This document shows positions 63,596 through 64,000 of a stretch of 64,000 nt of DNA, in pieces. The translations under genes were made by a program, and so were the position numbers. Positions within the stretch are counted from its first letter, which is position 1. Each line of letters opens with the position of its first letter. Under the pieces are notes generated by a model that saw only the letters and a list, made by a program, of their open reading frames with translations, was not told the origin of the DNA and searched no databases. The stretch is from sequence record PV261925.1. One strand, written 5' to 3'.

Positions 63596-64000
63596 TTATT
63601 TAGCGTTGGCAGTCTTGAATGGTGATTCAGCGAAGGCAGCGAAGATGTAAGTTGCTCCACTATTATTTCCACCAAATCCCGATGCTTGTCTTACCTTAAA
63701 ACCATTGGATAAGAAATCTACATCATGAGCATTATCAGTTTCCCTATCATTGGTATTTGGGAATAATACTGCAGTGATTGGGTTTATTGTTTTTCTTGAA
63801 TTATCAAAAATATACCAATTTGTTGCAACTGTTGAGGACTTAATCATCACCCAAGCAGGTTTGAATCCACAATACACAAAAGGACCATCAGCACTTCCAT
63901 TACCTACATAGCTTCCAAACTTACTGAAACCTTCTATTTCTGCCCAACTATAAGTTACAAAATCATAAGCACCTGTTAAATCGCCAGCAAGGTTAATAAC
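63596..64000 (-). CDS. C-terminal part of a virion structural/fibre protein (runs off right edge)
   Basis: Frame open to base 64000: ...FSKFGSYVGNGSADGPFVYCGFKPAWVMIK...WYIFD...YIFAAFAESPFK. Confidence 0.8.
   Translation of the reverse strand, partial: VINLAGDLTGAYDFVTYSWAEIEGFSKFGSYVGNGSADGPFVYCGFKPAWVMIKSSTVATNWYIFDNSRKTINPITAVLFPNTNDRETDNAHDVDFLSNGFKVRQASGFGGNNSGATYIFAAFAESPFKTANAK

Noticed and set aside
1-64000. tRNA, rRNA, photosynthesis genes, integrase
   Set aside because: No T-loop/acceptor-stem pattern in intergenic gaps and no matching protein motifs seen by eye; tRNAscan-SE would settle the tRNA question.

Overview
A 64-kb segment of a T4-like marine cyanomyovirus (Kyanoviridae-type; inferred from T4 gp6/7/8/13/14/15/16/25 homologues in cyanophage order plus VrlC-like and typical cyanophage hypothetical proteins). 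Every credible gene is on the minus strand, so transcription runs right to left through four blocks. (1) 64.0-52.9 kb: a late-promoter-punctuated cluster of tail-fibre/adhesin genes and small chaperone-like genes built from a few reshuffled modules. (2) 52.8-34.8 kb: a dense region of small early/middle genes with a superfamily-2 helicase, a KxDG ligase-like protein, an HNH-AP2 endonuclease and HExxH proteins; 35.5-47.3 kb is cut into cassettes by 12 copies of a 32-bp repeat that ends in a -10-like TATAGT and mostly abuts the previous stop codon. (3) 34.4-31.6 kb: glycosyltransferase-like, ParB/Srx-like and SET-domain genes. (4) 31.6-0 kb: baseplate, neck, tail-completion and small terminase genes, then the start of a fibre gene. 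Main things worth follow-up: the 12-copy repeat cassette array; two endonuclease-type genes sharing a hairpin-plus-nested-promoter control element; a tandem pair of covarying hairpins at 39.65 kb; a T4 capsid-targeting-like signal on a basic late protein; a peptidase-like insert in gp7; a cupredoxin-tipped fibre; and the combinatorial fibre-module library. No tRNA, rRNA, CRISPR array, integrase or reverse transcriptase was seen. All family assignments are by motif recognition only; no database search was run.
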